Of a DNA stretch of 64,000 nucleotides, positions 25,801 to 53,103 are shown one piece after another. The DNA comes from Tubiluchus corallicola (lineage: Eukaryota > Animalia > Priapulida): assembly GCA_030141605.1 (NCBI GenBank), contig JAQGDQ010000118.1:124001-188000 (forward strand). Direction: 5' to 3'. Under the pieces are notes generated by a model, which had not been told where the DNA came from, did not search any database, and saw only the letters and a program-made list of their open reading frames with translations. Both the position numbers and the translations under genes were made by a program. Position 1 is the stretch's first letter; each line of letters begins with the position of its first letter.

Positions 25801-28800
25801 TGTTTAAAATTTGGAAGCAAATTAAAAAATTCTAACATAAGCAAATTAATTCCACCACCAAGAGAACAAGCAGGTCTGAAAACGACTAGAAATAAGGAAA
25901 AATATGTTGAAGAAATATGTAGAAGTGATAGATATTATATATTGCCTTTACAATATTTAATTAGATTATTGAATGGCAAAGGTCACAGAAATGAAATGAA
26001 ATATTTTGGAAAATTTAGTTAGATTTTTTTAATGGTTGACGTGTATAATTCGTGTCTTGTTTTGTTATTTTAAGTATGCATTTCTATATAAAATGCATAA
26101 AAAGTTAATGTTGATTAGCAAATTATTGTGGCTAATTGGGTAAACACAGTAATTCAGTTTTTTAGGTTTATATCATGTAAAACAGTATTTTACTAACGTT
26201 TGTATATTTTACAAATAAGTGCAACCGAAATGTATGTGAATGCATGCAGCAAGCGAGTAACCCAATATTTTTTTATTCCAGAGTAGTTGGTTTTTAGGTA
26301 AGTTAACTAACTGTACCAGAAATAATTTTAACTTGATTTCGTTATCTGTAGGTATAAAGGTGAAAAAATTCCCTTTCTCGTTGGTGTCATTGCTGAACTG
26401 TCAGAAAGAGAAGAGATGGAATTTTTGCGTAGCGGGGAAAATGACTTCAGCGTGATGTATTCCTGTCGGAAAAACTGTGCTCAACTTTGGCTAGGACCGG
26501 CTGCATTTATTAATCACGACTGCCGACCAAACTGCAAGGTAGGTTACATAACTGAAAATATCTTAATTTATTTCTCAAAGTTATGAAAGTTTTGAAAGAT
26601 GATCCATCAAAACCATTATGACCAGTAACTGTGCCTGTAACGGGCGCAATTTTAAAGATATTCAGATGCTCTTGTTCTGAAAAAAAAGCATGCAAATCTT
26701 TTAAATGTTTTTACAATGTGCACAGTAGTGCAAAATTTGTTTGCATCGTGTTCTGTACATGTGAATGCTGTCAGTAGTAATGAGGAAACAATATCTCTAA
26801 TTTATTAAAGTGTTGGCAAAGCCAAAGTGGGGAATTGGCTTGTATGAAAGCAGTAAGTTAGTTGCAAGAGTAATGATATTAGTCTGGATAAGGAAATTAT
26901 TACCTACTAGTTTATAAGTGGTGAAATACTAAACTTAGTGGCTTAAGAAAGGAATAACTGTTGAAGCATAGAGAAAGAAATCACTAGGCCTAATAGGATA
27001 TTTTAGTGTGATTCTCGGACACGATTTTCTGTGGAGCATATAAAAATTTAATCATTTTTTATTTTTTTAGTGTCCTTTATGTTTAAAATATTAGCTTTAG
27101 TTTCCAAAAAGTTTTTTGTTTTAGTATGTAAGTATCTCAAATTGCTCAAAGGTGACAGAGAGCCATTCTCCAGATTCTTAAATGAGAACATGTAAAAAAA
27201 TCATTGAAAAAAACTTACCTCGAAAATGTAAGGTTCACCCCAGCAATGGGACTGCCAGACAATGGAACATTGGGTGCTTTTTCATATTCGATTAATTGGA
27301 TACGAAATCCGTTCCATAATTGATTATAATCAGTTTTAGGCAAACCATGAAAACATAAAAACAAATGAAAGTGTTAAAAAAACATGCTTCTAAGTGGCCT
27401 AAGTTACTGTACAAAGGTAGTGCCATATTACTTGATTTTGCTGCAGTGACAGCCTTGGTATGTCAGTATGGTATATTACTGTATAAAGGTAGTGCCATAT
27501 TACTTGATTTTGCTACAGTGACAGCCTTGGTATGTCAGTATGGTATTTTACTGTACAAAGGTAGTGCCATATTACTTGATTTTGCTGCATTGACAGCCTC
27601 GGTATGTCAGTAAGGTATATGTCAAAAAATAAGTTCAATGTGGTATTGGTAGTACAATCCAAATGCATCTGGCAGCTGAAAAAAAATTGATGATTAGAAA
27701 TAAAAGCCCAAATCAATAAGCCTTTACACAGTTCCTACGATTGACGTTGAAAGTGAAAGGTTTAAGGTGAAGTGAACCAGACAGTGCATTTGTATACACT
27801 TGACAACGCCTTGCAACCCATACTATTGGAATAGTAACAGTTTTAACAGCTAAAAGAGAACCTTACCTAGTTAATTTTTTCTTGTTGCCAAACAAAATCC
27901 TGCTAGTAAATCACTCTGTGCACAGACTAATGCATACTTAAGTAAAGTCCATATAAAACAATTGAACTTAGTGAGCTGATGCAGGATATGGTTTTGCTTT
28001 ACCCACATGCCATGTGACGGTTTTAGTTAAGATGTGTTGCTGGGTTCTCTTAACCTCTGACCTACATCAAATAGTGAAACTGTGAAAAGGTTTATTATAA
28101 TCGATCAGCCGATTTCCGCCCTAATTTTAGCTGTATAGCACTTTACTCACTTTGTTACTTTCATTAGTTTGTCTCCACTGGAAGAAACACTGCCTGCGTA
28201 AAAGTATTAAGAGACGTTGGACCTGGGGAAGAAATTACGTGTTACTATGGTGATGACTTCTTTGGTGATAACAACAGCAACTGTGAATGTCACACATGTG
28301 AAAGGTAATAACTGGCAGTGGAAATGCAATGTATAGAAATTGTATTCTAATTACTGTTCTTATTAGCCAAAGACAGTGCTTATTGGTCATTTTGCTTTTT
28401 TAGTTTTGAGAAAATTTTTGATTGCTATTCTTTTACATGCCACCTAACTGAAAATTAAGTAGGCTAGCAAGCTGCTGCAAAATAATTTTGCACAAAGTTG
28501 GCACTGTGTAAAATTTTTCACTATGGCATCACAAATGCTGTTTGGCCTGCCCAACAGTTGTTAACAATATCTGAACATTCCAATGCAGAACTTTTCATGC
28601 AGAAATTGTAGAACAACCCTAGTACGTTTGGGTCCTAATCCACTATTAAGAATATTAACAATAATGATGCATGTCAATAAAAATGGTGCGATAACTGACT
28701 TTTGTCACATAGACACACAATATGTTTTCATTTTCTGCCATATCAGGAATACTTCAAAAATTTTGTTATCTTAATAATTTGGTGCTTATTGTTGCTTCGA

Positions 28801-31164
28801 CTTACAAAAACGTACAATAGTTTGTAGGCTTTCATCTGCTGAGGATGTTTGCAAGGAGGCCAAAACATCCAAAATAAATTCATGGCTATGTTTGCTGCTT
28901 TGTTGATGTTATTATTTCTTATTTCCCACTTAATCAGAGTCTTCTAAGGTTATGCTACATGAAAACTAACATTGCTTTACTGTAACTTCATGTTTTAAAA
29001 GTCTCTGTAATATTATTATGTGTGTTGTTCATTGTATGTTATTATTTATTTCAGAAGAAAAATGGGAGCATTCACTGTTCGAGACACCAATCAAAATCAT
29101 TTGGGCACGTCATACAAGCTACGAGATACAGATAAACGATTGTCACGACTACGGCTAAAAAGCCAGGTTAAAGAGTTGTCTTCACGTGAAAATTCTCCTG
29201 GACCTAATGGTAGCAGCAGCAATTCAGGTTAGTCATTATTTCTTCGTTATTATGTGGCTATTGTAAATTTTGTGGGTAATTTACTGCTTTGTTGGTGTTA
29301 TTATTTTCCCTAGAACATGGAAATCTGATCTTAATTTTTCTTTTAGGTTGTCAAGGTGATTACTTGCAACCAAATCCAACAGTTACTTGGCCTAACAGTG
29401 CAGACTAAAGAATTGTAAAAATTAAAGCATCTGTTTTTTAGTTTCAATAAATCGTCTCATCGATCAGTAAATCTCATTAGTTAATTAGTAGATTAATTAT
29501 TATGGCATATTTTAGGAGACGGTGATGCTTCAATGTTGTGTGCATCTGACCTGAAGCGTCGAGGTTTCACACGATACGATGCAGAGTTATTGTTGAGTAA
29601 TGGTTGCACATTGCCTGAAGTAAAACAAGAAGCAGAGACTCGAGCTTCACTTGCTGGTATGCATGAGCAGTTACAATCAAACAACTTTTCGGGGCCAAAT
29701 TCTAGTCTAAATGAGGCTAAAACTAGACAACGTCGATGTTCTGGTGCTTTAGATAGAATCGGCGTGTCTAATACTGGCATCAAAGAATCTAGTTTTGCAA
29801 GTAGCAGCGTGACCGCCTTGACTTACAATACACGAACGCGATCTAAATCAGGTGATAGCACAGGAGTTGAAGTGTATACGCTAGAAAGGCTTGATGGCCT
29901 AGCAAAGGAATGTACGAATTCAACATTAACTAGTCATGACAGTGCTGGTGCCCAGTCTCGTGTTAGATCACAACCGATTCCAAACAAAATCAAAGTTCCT
30001 GCCAAAAAACATTGTGGAATACGAAAGGAGGAACTGGAAATTCTAACTCAGAATGCAAACTATTACATTCACTACGGCAATGTACAGTCGAAACGGAAAT
30101 CACGCATTAATAACATTAATAATTGCAAGAAGGGCCAGTTACCACCAGGGCGTAAACGTCAGTCGATTCGTTCTAGTGAATTGGAGGAGCTAGCTCGCTC
30201 CGCCAACTATTACATTCATTATGGAAACCCTGAAGGTAGGGTTGCTGATGTGGACAACGAGGAGAATATCTCTGACCAATCCATTGTTAACAATACAAGC
30301 TCTGAAGTAGATCGCTTTGCTTTTGACAAAAACGATATCTTAAAGAAGGAAGAATTAGTCTCTTCTAAATCCCGGGATCGTTCCCGTAGAAAATGTGCAC
30401 TAGGGACATACAACAGTCTACCTCAAAGCTCAGTTACTGCTAAACCAAATCTCTTTCAGTTGAGGAGTGAAGAGCCTAGTTATGACAGTGATGTCCCACC
30501 TGAGCTAACACCAGTTAAGAATTATGAGAGTAAACTCATCAACGCAAAGGACATATTCCGTGGTCCAAGCACTGCTAGTCCTAGTTATGCATCTACTGAT
30601 AGTGAACCTCCAAATTTGACTTTACATCCTGAAGTACATCAAGGTTTAGTAGACACTACTGAAAATATATTAACTCATGGTTCTTCAGGTGCTTTGTTCA
30701 GCAGTGGCAATGCTAGTCTTTGTGAGCGCACGGCTTTCGAAAACGATTTTCCTCTCCCCAATGATGACGGACTTGGTCTAAATAATTTTAGTTGTGATTA
30801 TACTCCTCGAAGAGTACCTCGTTTAACGATACGCTTGCGCCGTAGTCCGGGAGATAAGCAGTCTGCAGATAGTGATCCTTGTGAGACCATTTACGAGGTA
30901 GTTTGTTGTTACGCAGACAAAAAGCTTTCTTCAAGGAAGCACAAAAAGAAACATCACAAGCACAAACACCGTGTTAAACATCGACTACGTCGTGCAAGCA
31001 GCGATGGAATTTCACGAGAATCATCTCCTTCCGAATGTAGCAGCGAAAATTCTCCAACAAAGCAAGCCAAAAGACTTCGACTAATTTTAGGAGAGGATAG
31101 CATTGATATAAATTTACCAAATTCATTGTCTAGTTTACAAAATGATATTTCTTGTTTATCGTGA
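19882..31164 (+). CDS. KMT5B: Histone-lysine N-methyltransferase Suv4-20 / KMT5B (H4K20me2/3), about 847 aa, 7 coding exons
   Basis: Exons 19882-20000, 21573-21741, 24239-24348, 26352-26538, 28168-28304, 29055-29227 and 29516-31164, frame-consistent. Motifs: [25 protein letters not shown]; [34 protein letters not shown]; [16 protein letters not shown] (post-SET zinc site); [10 protein letters not shown]; TRYDAELLL; C-terminal [15 protein letters not shown]. An in-frame stop at 19867-19869 supports ATG 19882 as the start. Confidence 0.96.
20065..20200 (+). mobile_element. tRNA-derived SINE head (degenerate)
   Basis: gtagtttaatagtagtgtg (A-box-like) ... gggttcaatttc (B-box-like), then a ccaaagatttaaaagtgg body typical of invertebrate SINEs. 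Confidence 0.5.
20271..21145. mobile_element. Putative hAT-like MITE surrounding the exon duplicate
   Basis: Degenerate termini (taagggtgagacgaagc versus reverse complement tagggctgaactaag) with clusters of ccgaat/ccgaa/gaatc subterminal repeats at both ends. No TSD seen. Confidence 0.4.
20458..20556 (+). pseudogene. Decayed partial duplicate of Suv4-20 exon 2 inside intron 1
   Basis: gcattgaaaggtcatcagaaagaagagctgcaacgaataatagaaacctttatacgaga aligns to 21579-21637 and continues to aaaagcatatcaacatata. The acceptor AG is lost. Confidence 0.9.
22884..23816 (-). mobile_element. RTE-clade non-LTR retrotransposon fragment (RT C-terminal half), antisense in Suv4-20 intron 2
   Basis: Uninterrupted frame [69 protein letters not shown]. 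Truncated at both ends. Confidence 0.93.
25480..25980 (+). mobile_element. Degenerate CR1/L2-group LINE 3' ORF2 fragment in Suv4-20 intron 3
   Basis: Broken frame [35 protein letters not shown], matching the RPxLEYxxxVW..LExxQKRA motif found C-terminal of the RT. Confidence 0.7.
27404..27619. repeat. Minisatellite, 72-bp unit x3
   Basis: Units start at 27404, 27476 and 27548 (ttactgtacaaaggtagtgccatattacttgattttgct...). Confidence 0.95.
29347..29408 (+). CDS. KMT5B: Candidate alternative terminal exon of Suv4-20 (short isoform, about 318 aa)
   Basis: Strong acceptor ttaatttttcttttag, phase-compatible with exon 6. Reads [26 protein letters not shown] (29421-29426) and AATAAA (29446-29451) follow. 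Confidence 0.5.
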
Positions 31165-32358
31165 TTACCTTATGTAATACAATTCGACTCCCACTCCCTA
31201 ATTAGAATTCTTCTGAAAACTGAATTATTTTTTAAAAAACCAGTTTCGACAATTTTGGATTTTTGTACTACTGCTGGTCTTGTCTTTTTAGCTAGAAACA
31301 TGAAGTTGAAATGATTTTGGTTATACCACTAAATTTCTAGTCTGGTGATTGCCTGTACATTTTGTCACATTATGAGTAAGTGAAAGTATTTCTCATTTCT
31401 CTTTTTACAAAATTTGTACTTGTTGTATAATTCTTATTTGCTGTGCATGTTTTAGGTTACAAACTTGTTTTAATAAGCTGTTGAAAAATTTCGTTATCAA
31501 ACGTTGTTACAGCAGAACCTTGAATATCTGAACAAACAGGACCCAGAGCATTGTTTGGATAATTGTTTTGTCTAAACCGATACAGTTGTTGAACCAAACT
31601 ATAAGTTTGACAAGTGCAAGTGCTTGATTATTTCTGCATTGTATGTAAGTTGAACATTTTTAGCAGGATTTCAAAATTGTGTTAGTTCTACTTTCACTGT
31701 GAAAAATCACAGCAAATCCAAATAAGCGAGGCTTGAATTATGTCACATGTCACATGTTGAATTATTGTGATCATGTCACAGTTATCACTGTTCAGGTAGT
31801 CCAGGTTCAACTTTTAACTTTGGTATATGTTAACTAAAACAGAAATTAGCATGCCTAGTTTTAAATTATTATTCATTTCAGACTTTCTGGTTCCTATTAA
31901 TAGAACCGTTGACCATTACTGTTGCTAAATTATATTAAGTTACATTAGATTGATCTTGATCCAGCTTATACTTCGTACGGATAAAGTGGTGAAGCTGACT
32001 ATCAGTGCTGTTGTACATCGAGGCTTGCTCAGATGATCTGGATATCAAAACATTTTTGGAGATTTGTGCAGTTATTTATGAGTGTCGTGAAAAATGTGTT
32101 TCATTTACTGTGGCCAGAATGATTGTTATATAAAGTGGTTTGTTGTAGATATGTTGTACATAATGACATATGCAGCAGCTATGAAATCTGTATTTTATCT
32201 TAGTAAGTTATATCTCAATTTGTTTTACAATAATTTTGTTCGAAGTTAATTGTTGTTTGTTTTTCTTTTTAGCGTTATTTGTCAGTTTTCTTGGTGTCTG
32301 CTAGGCATTTACAGGTTTTAACATTACAAATCACAAAGTACACACTTCAACTTGGAGA

Positions 32359-32364
32359 AATAAA
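32359..32364 (+). terminator. Candidate poly(A) signal of the long Suv4-20 mRNA
   Basis: AATAAA about 1.2 kb after the stop, followed by a GT/T-rich tract at about 32395-32410. Confidence 0.4.
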
Positions 32365-33124
32365 CTTGGCCCTCTTTGCAAGTAAGAACACAGATGTGTT
32401 TTTTTAGTTACTGTATAACTAACTCAAAAACAATGTGAAATTGCTACCTATTTGGTACCCAAAAAATGCTTAATCAGGTACATCATGAGGATGATTGTGT
32501 GGTTCGTCTCCTTTGACTGCTATCAGTTTTTAATGAATTTTATCTTAATTTCGGGTTCTGAATATGTGAAACTTGTGGTCTCCATGCAGTACACAAGTTC
32601 TGACCTTTCTTGCTGATGATGGTTTGGATTTTCTGCCTAAACGTGAGTTTTGGAAACCATTTATACGTGATGAATAAGGTCAGTTCAGTTTCAGGTTCTG
32701 AATACGTTGCCCTTCCGAGAACCTTTCAATGCAAACTGCATTTCAATGCCTTTCTCTACAAGACTGAGAAACCCTCCAGTCAGCTCAGTGTAACTACCAA
32801 TCTTATTTCACCTTTATTAGGATCATACAAATTATATAAATGCAAGTTGCATGCTGATCAAAAATCACAAGATGTCCAGTTGGGACAATACTTGGTATGG
32901 TTAAATTCTATTTTGACTAGAACAGAAAATAATTAAATTTCAGTATTTTTATGAACCACTAAAAGTGCAAGAAGTGATTTCTTGTATAAGCAACAAAGGT
33001 ATGCTCAAAAAATGCTCAAGAAGTTTTAAAGATACTGGATTAAAATAAAATGATAATAGATACGAGTTATCCTTTGTAACTGAAACCAAAGTAAGAAAAT
33101 TCTTAGACATAAAACGCTGTATGC

Positions 33125-33130
33125 TTTATT
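33125..33130 (-). terminator. Candidate poly(A) signal of the AUTS2-family mRNA
   Basis: AATAAA on the minus strand about 0.6 kb after the stop. Confidence 0.45.
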
Positions 33131-33754
33131 TCTATTTCTACCAAATAGAAATGCAAAAGTACATGATAATAATTAAGTAATTACATAGACAGTAAATCAT
33201 TAACAGCAGTGTACATAATAGTATTATTTCATTTTTAAAACAATAGCAATTTACAATCATGATTTATGTGTACACACATACAGCCTTGCACAGCTGCCAG
33301 TAAAATACAATAATATCAACCATGATGGGAATTTCTGCAATATGTACAATGAGTTGCATATATTTAAGTATTAAATATATCTTAAAAACAAAATAAAATA
33401 ATTTACAAAGTCGAATAAACCACTCACGCACTGTAGTAGCACAAGCATTGTGAATTGTTTAGCAGCACAGAAATGTTAGTTGTTCCACAAAAAAATGCCG
33501 ATGAGTATCATGCTATTACAATGTCCGCTTGTGCGTTTAACTCTACCGAAAAGGACAGCAACTACGGTACAGTGTGACTTCCTGATTAAAATCTGCCTAA
33601 AACTAGTGTAACAAAAACACACAAAATGGGCACATTTCGATACACAGATAATTATATCACGAGGAAAACAGTCAAGACTAAAACGTACTATACATACAAT
33701 AATACACCACGGCTGTATATACAACTAGAAATTAGGATTGATATTTCCAAATTG

Positions 33755-47942
<14,188 letters not shown>

Positions 47943-50900
47943 CTGAAAATAAAAAAAATCATTTCAATCAATTATTAATGAATTACAAGAATAACAACGC
48001 ATATTCATACAGTTCTTGCAAGTAATATCAATAGCAGAAACAACCATTACCAAAAGATACTGAAAACACTAGAAAACGCTTTGCAGTTTGAAACAACAAT
48101 GTCTACATTAGCACAATTTATTAAAAAATTATTTCTATTTCACAATCTGAAGTGGCTATAAGTGACAAACTTTGATATGACGCGCAGTTACAAAAACAGT
48201 AAAATTACTAGTTTTTACGTTCAAATTCAAATTCCTTTCAAATTTGTATTACCCCTTTGAAGAGTAGAGACATTATACAACAATTGCGTGCAAAACATTT
48301 TCACAACAATATAGTGTAGGAACAATAAATTATAATTTGTGCAGCGAGAATATAACTGCAGTGCATACGTAGTTTCTTATTTGGTAAAATTCTTTTCACC
48401 TACGCAAACTTGTTGCCATAGCACATATCGCTCTGCTGCCTACTAATGATGGTAATCTACATTGACTAATCTATGCCAGCTGTCATGGGGGTGAAAGAGT
48501 AGTAATCATCACAGATAGATACAGGAAGCACTGCCAGCAGTGGAGCTGTAATACATCAACAAACATCGCCTGGGAGCTGATTAAATAAGAACTAAACCGT
48601 TAAATGAATTCGCTACTGTACGACAGAGGTCAACAAATAGTAAACATGAGGCTGATGTCCCTTGGAACTGACCAATGTCCAGACAGGATAAATGGTGCGC
48701 AACGTAAACATGAGACAGGCTTTTACTAAATTATGTAAGCGATTCTTAGGAAGGGGTTCAACTGCTTAAGGTCTGCATTTCGTGGCAGATTTGATTAAAT
48801 GAAACGAAAATTTATCTCTTGAAATGGGCTAGGTTTGTAGTAGTTCCAACTTAAATCATTATTTAATTGTTGTACCATAGTAATAGCTTAAAAAGAATAC
48901 CCAACAACGTCCAGCTTAAGTTCAAGAATAGATAAATCGAATTTGTCTTTGCTTAATTTGACATCATAATTTGAACTTGTGTTAAAACATTAAAACAAAC
49001 ATAATTTGTTTGTTTTTTAACGCTGACTGATTGAACTTAGTAGTGATTTGCTAAATCGCTATTAACAAAATTAGGTATTTCTTTAAAGTGGGAAGTTGGG
49101 AGCTCCTACTAAGTTTTCTTATTGCATTTCCATTAAATCTCTACTGATTTCCTCTTGAATAACTATCCCACGGGAATTCCATTTTCCACAGAAAATCCTG
49201 AATAATAACGAATTGCAAAAACATTGCAATTTGTGGCAGATCGTTAAAAATAGTAAGCACGGAAAACTTGTAGGAACAGTACACTACTCTTTCCTTTTCT
49301 TCGCTGTGTGGTAAATAGTTGACATTTCAAACTCTGACTCAAATGGTGAAGATGCCACTAAACACAGCATTCAAGTCACGAACAGGCGGGCAGATAGCGA
49401 GGAGACGTACTTAGCGTAATCAGCCGAATGTTAAAACTCTTTGTGAAGAGGGACTGCATAGAACTACTAACAAAGTAATTAGAAGACGGAAGAAGCAATA
49501 GGTGACAAGTGAAATAAAACTATATAAGCTTGAAAAGGCGTGAAGCCAGCGCAGACTAATGAAATTACACTCTTTTGAACACTGATCGTTGGCAGGTCGA
49601 GTCGAAGGTAGATGTACCAAGCAAATGGTTCAGTATCACTTTTAGGTCCGCGTAATGTTTTGAATGACTTAAAGCAACCGAACTAACGGCATCTCCCGAA
49701 ACATATAAAGTATGTACATTTTAAACGTGAGCAAAACGTACGTACGTGCGTGCGAGCGACCTATTGCTTCGCATTTTGTACTAGTAGTTTTACAAAAGTA
49801 AACCAATTACCCGATGGTTCATATTCGTTTGTAAATAATTACCATAATTGTAAATTTATACAACTATTTGTGTTAGCTGGAGGCTGTATCAGAACTTAAA
49901 ACATTTTCACTAGCCCCAGCAGTGCTCCATTAGAATTTTGCACAGCTGCCGTGTGATGACAGTCATGAGTAGAGAAGGGATGTTTTACAGACGGATACTC
50001 ATTTATCTTTACGCCTTCACCAAGCTCACAGCTAGCAATAACACATTACGTGAAGATGGAAATCACAGCAAGCATGAACAAACTTTCCACTTGGCTAGTT
50101 TAAATGAACACTAACCGGACAGAACAACTTGCGTTGAAACGCATTCAATTCGTACCCTGTTCATTTCAAAACTCGCATCCCAACCGTCGACAGCGAATAA
50201 ATAGTTCTAATATTTCAAGAAAAGAAGTACTAATTAGTATAAAGTAGCAGTGCTTTGGACATTAGAAACGCAAAAAAGAATCGCATTAAAAACCCAAATT
50301 CCTGATTATAGCGCTATTCACGTACACACGAGAGCTTCACAATCTTCACGTAACCATCTAGGCCTGCTCTTACAGTATGACCAAGTCAGTTCTCAGCGAG
50401 TCAACGGTTACATGTAAGAAGTCTCCAATGGAATGAAAATAGCTATTAACATTCCTTTTAAAATGACAAGAAAGTGGCAAATATTAGCGCCTTAGGATTG
50501 AAAGTGCCTTTATAGTGTTTTGCACATAATTACTCAACGGTTCTTGATCACAGCAACTAATTACTGTATAATAGCATCAGAAGAACGAGAAGCATTTGAA
50601 CAAGCAATTAAACTAACCATTGTGATAATAATTATTATAAAAGTGCCTCTCTCCAAAACTGCAGTAAAAGTAAATTGACATCGGTGCAGTCAAACTAAAG
50701 CAGTGCAGTACAAAAGTCTAAACACACTAATATATCGTTTTACAGGGTACTGGGTGCGTGAAAATGAACTTGAAAGTTGAAGTTGGCAGATACATGGATT
50801 TCAAGCCAGGACAAGCAATGTGCTTAGCTTTAACTCAAGTAGCTAGTTGTTTGCTTGTGAAGTTTAAAAACAGAAATGGTCGACTATGTGTTTGTTAAAA

Positions 50901-51100
50901 TAACCACCACAAGTATCATCCCTGATCATCAGAGTCAAAAAGGTTTCTGCATTCTCCGTACTTTCTAACATAACCACCGTAAGTATCGTTCCCTGATTAT
51001 CAGCGTCACAAAGGTTTCTACATTCTCTGTATTTTCTGCCATAACCACCGTAAGTATCGTCCCTGATCATCAAAGTCACAAAGGTTTCTACATTCTCCGT
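50901..51100. repeat. Minisatellite, 70-71-bp unit x about 2.8
   Basis: taaccaccg/acaagtatc..ccctgatcatca..gtcacaaaggtttctacattctccgt starting at 50901, 50971 and 51042. Confidence 0.92.
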
Positions 51101-53103
51101 GACTACACAATAACATTTACCTATATGAGTGAATAACGAATGCGAAAGTGACGTTTCAGTTTCTGTGTTGACTATGGCACTGATTTCTCAGCATCAGATA
51201 AGGTAAAATTGCGTAGAGTTTGCAGAAAAATTCCTGTTCCAACTAATGAATCACAGTTCAGGTTGGCCTTGCATAATTTCGTCAACACAGAGAGTAATGC
51301 AACAACATCACGAGCCCCACTAGCCGAGGGTTTTTAGTTTCCATCCCAGCATCCTGTTGAGCCCGAATGTTTTGACTAGCTTACTGTGTTGTGTACAGTA
51401 ATTAGCAGCAACAAGCCGTGTTTGTTGATTTAATTGGCAGCGCATTTGCCAGTTCGCACCACCCGCTTTGACCCCTAGGACGGGTTGTGATTTCACCTAC
51501 TTGCGTTACGCCTGAGTAATCAATAACAGGCTTCCACAGGATAACCCACAATTAAATAAGTGTTCCTACTACTCTAGGGCACTGCAGTGCTATTATGGGT
51601 AGCTTAGTACAGATAGTTCTACGGGGAAGATGCGGGAAACGTTTTGGATCCGCTTAATCCTTTTCACACCCTAAATGACTTTGTCCATTTGTACATGTGC
51701 TTACGCTATATGTAGATAACAGTGAATATCTTCTAGGATTGCACGAAGGAGGTAATCACATAAAATTACTACCTTACTGGTCGTGGTTTCTCTGGCGTTG
51801 ACTGTCGGATCTGGATATAAAAAGTACACCACACAAGTAGAGTATTTTTCACCTGTATGAATAATGTTTAATATGACATGTTAAAATCCTGTTGTTTGTA
51901 AGTAATAACTATACCTCTTAGAAAAAAATGATAAAAGATGCTAACCTAGTTTTAAATTTATACCACAGATGCCTTTAAAGCACACAAGATGACAAACCAC
52001 ATACACGTGCAAGTAAGCTGCCACTGGTTATTACATTTTTAGTAAGGCTGCAGTTACAGACGACTCCTATCATCCAAAATACATGAACCGTTCGACTGCC
52101 TTCCCAATAAACTAGCTTTACTTGGATTCCAAAACAAGTTTTTAACGCATTCTTACTATTACTAAGCTTTGGGGTATTAACAGATGGCTTCTTACAACAA
52201 GTCATTAATTGCAAAAACACGCAGCGCAGGCGGAATCCTGAAACGACCGTGAAAATATCTAAGATCATAGATGTGAACTTACGCTTAAAAGCTATTAATA
52301 ATTCGTGACCTCTATAGCAATAACATTAGCAAAAAATAAGCACTAATTGAATGAAAGAGAACGCCTTTTCTTTTTCCACGCCATACCGGATTTTAAAGGG
52401 GAAGAAAATGGGGAAGGAGTTTATACAATTCCACACACAATTTAAATACCCTAACCCTAGTTGTGTGCGGGGAATTGTAAATTTTAGCCGAAAATGAAAT
52501 TTTGAAGTATACTCCAAGACTTTTCAATACAGAGTTATATTTGCTACTATTTCGCTTACATGTTAGAAAGACTTTGGTAACTTAAAGAAAAGAAAATTTT
52601 TATTAATTTAAAATTTTCACACCACGTGGTAAAACGGAACCGATTTACCAAAAAAAAATCAACACAGTATTGATGTTTTTGATAATATAATGTAATTCAC
52701 ACTTTTGCTTAGCTAGAGATGAATGTGCTACGAATCGTCTGTTTATTTCATTCAAACCTTACCCAATGTAAGCTTAACTTGTTTCAAACAACTAACCGTT
52801 AAAACGGCTGCGCCTGACGGTCATTGCAGGAGTTTAAATTTACGAGTTTTATACAATGTTACTGCTAACGCAAACCCTGTACGCAATAAAACAGCCTGTA
52901 AGTGATATAAAATTTCAAGACGAATTTTTAAGCTCTATTTATGAACAGTGTTTTCTTGTGCTGTAATTTATGATTTAAAATATACATTTTACTATCTATA
53001 GCAATTACAAAAACGTGTCTTATTAACTTCAAATCTAATGATATGACAAACCCTTAACTAGTTGTATCCAAACTTGAAAGACAGGAAATGTGAAGTGGAA
53101 AGC

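Noticed and set aside
27404-27619. Possible CRISPR array
   Set aside because: Head-to-tail units without unique spacers, eukaryotic intron context and no cas genes. The same applies to 50901-51100.
50764-50845. MNLKVEVGRY..MC peptide resembling the LxIETGRY motif of LINE ORF2 C-termini
   Set aside because: Too short and degenerate to call without a database search.
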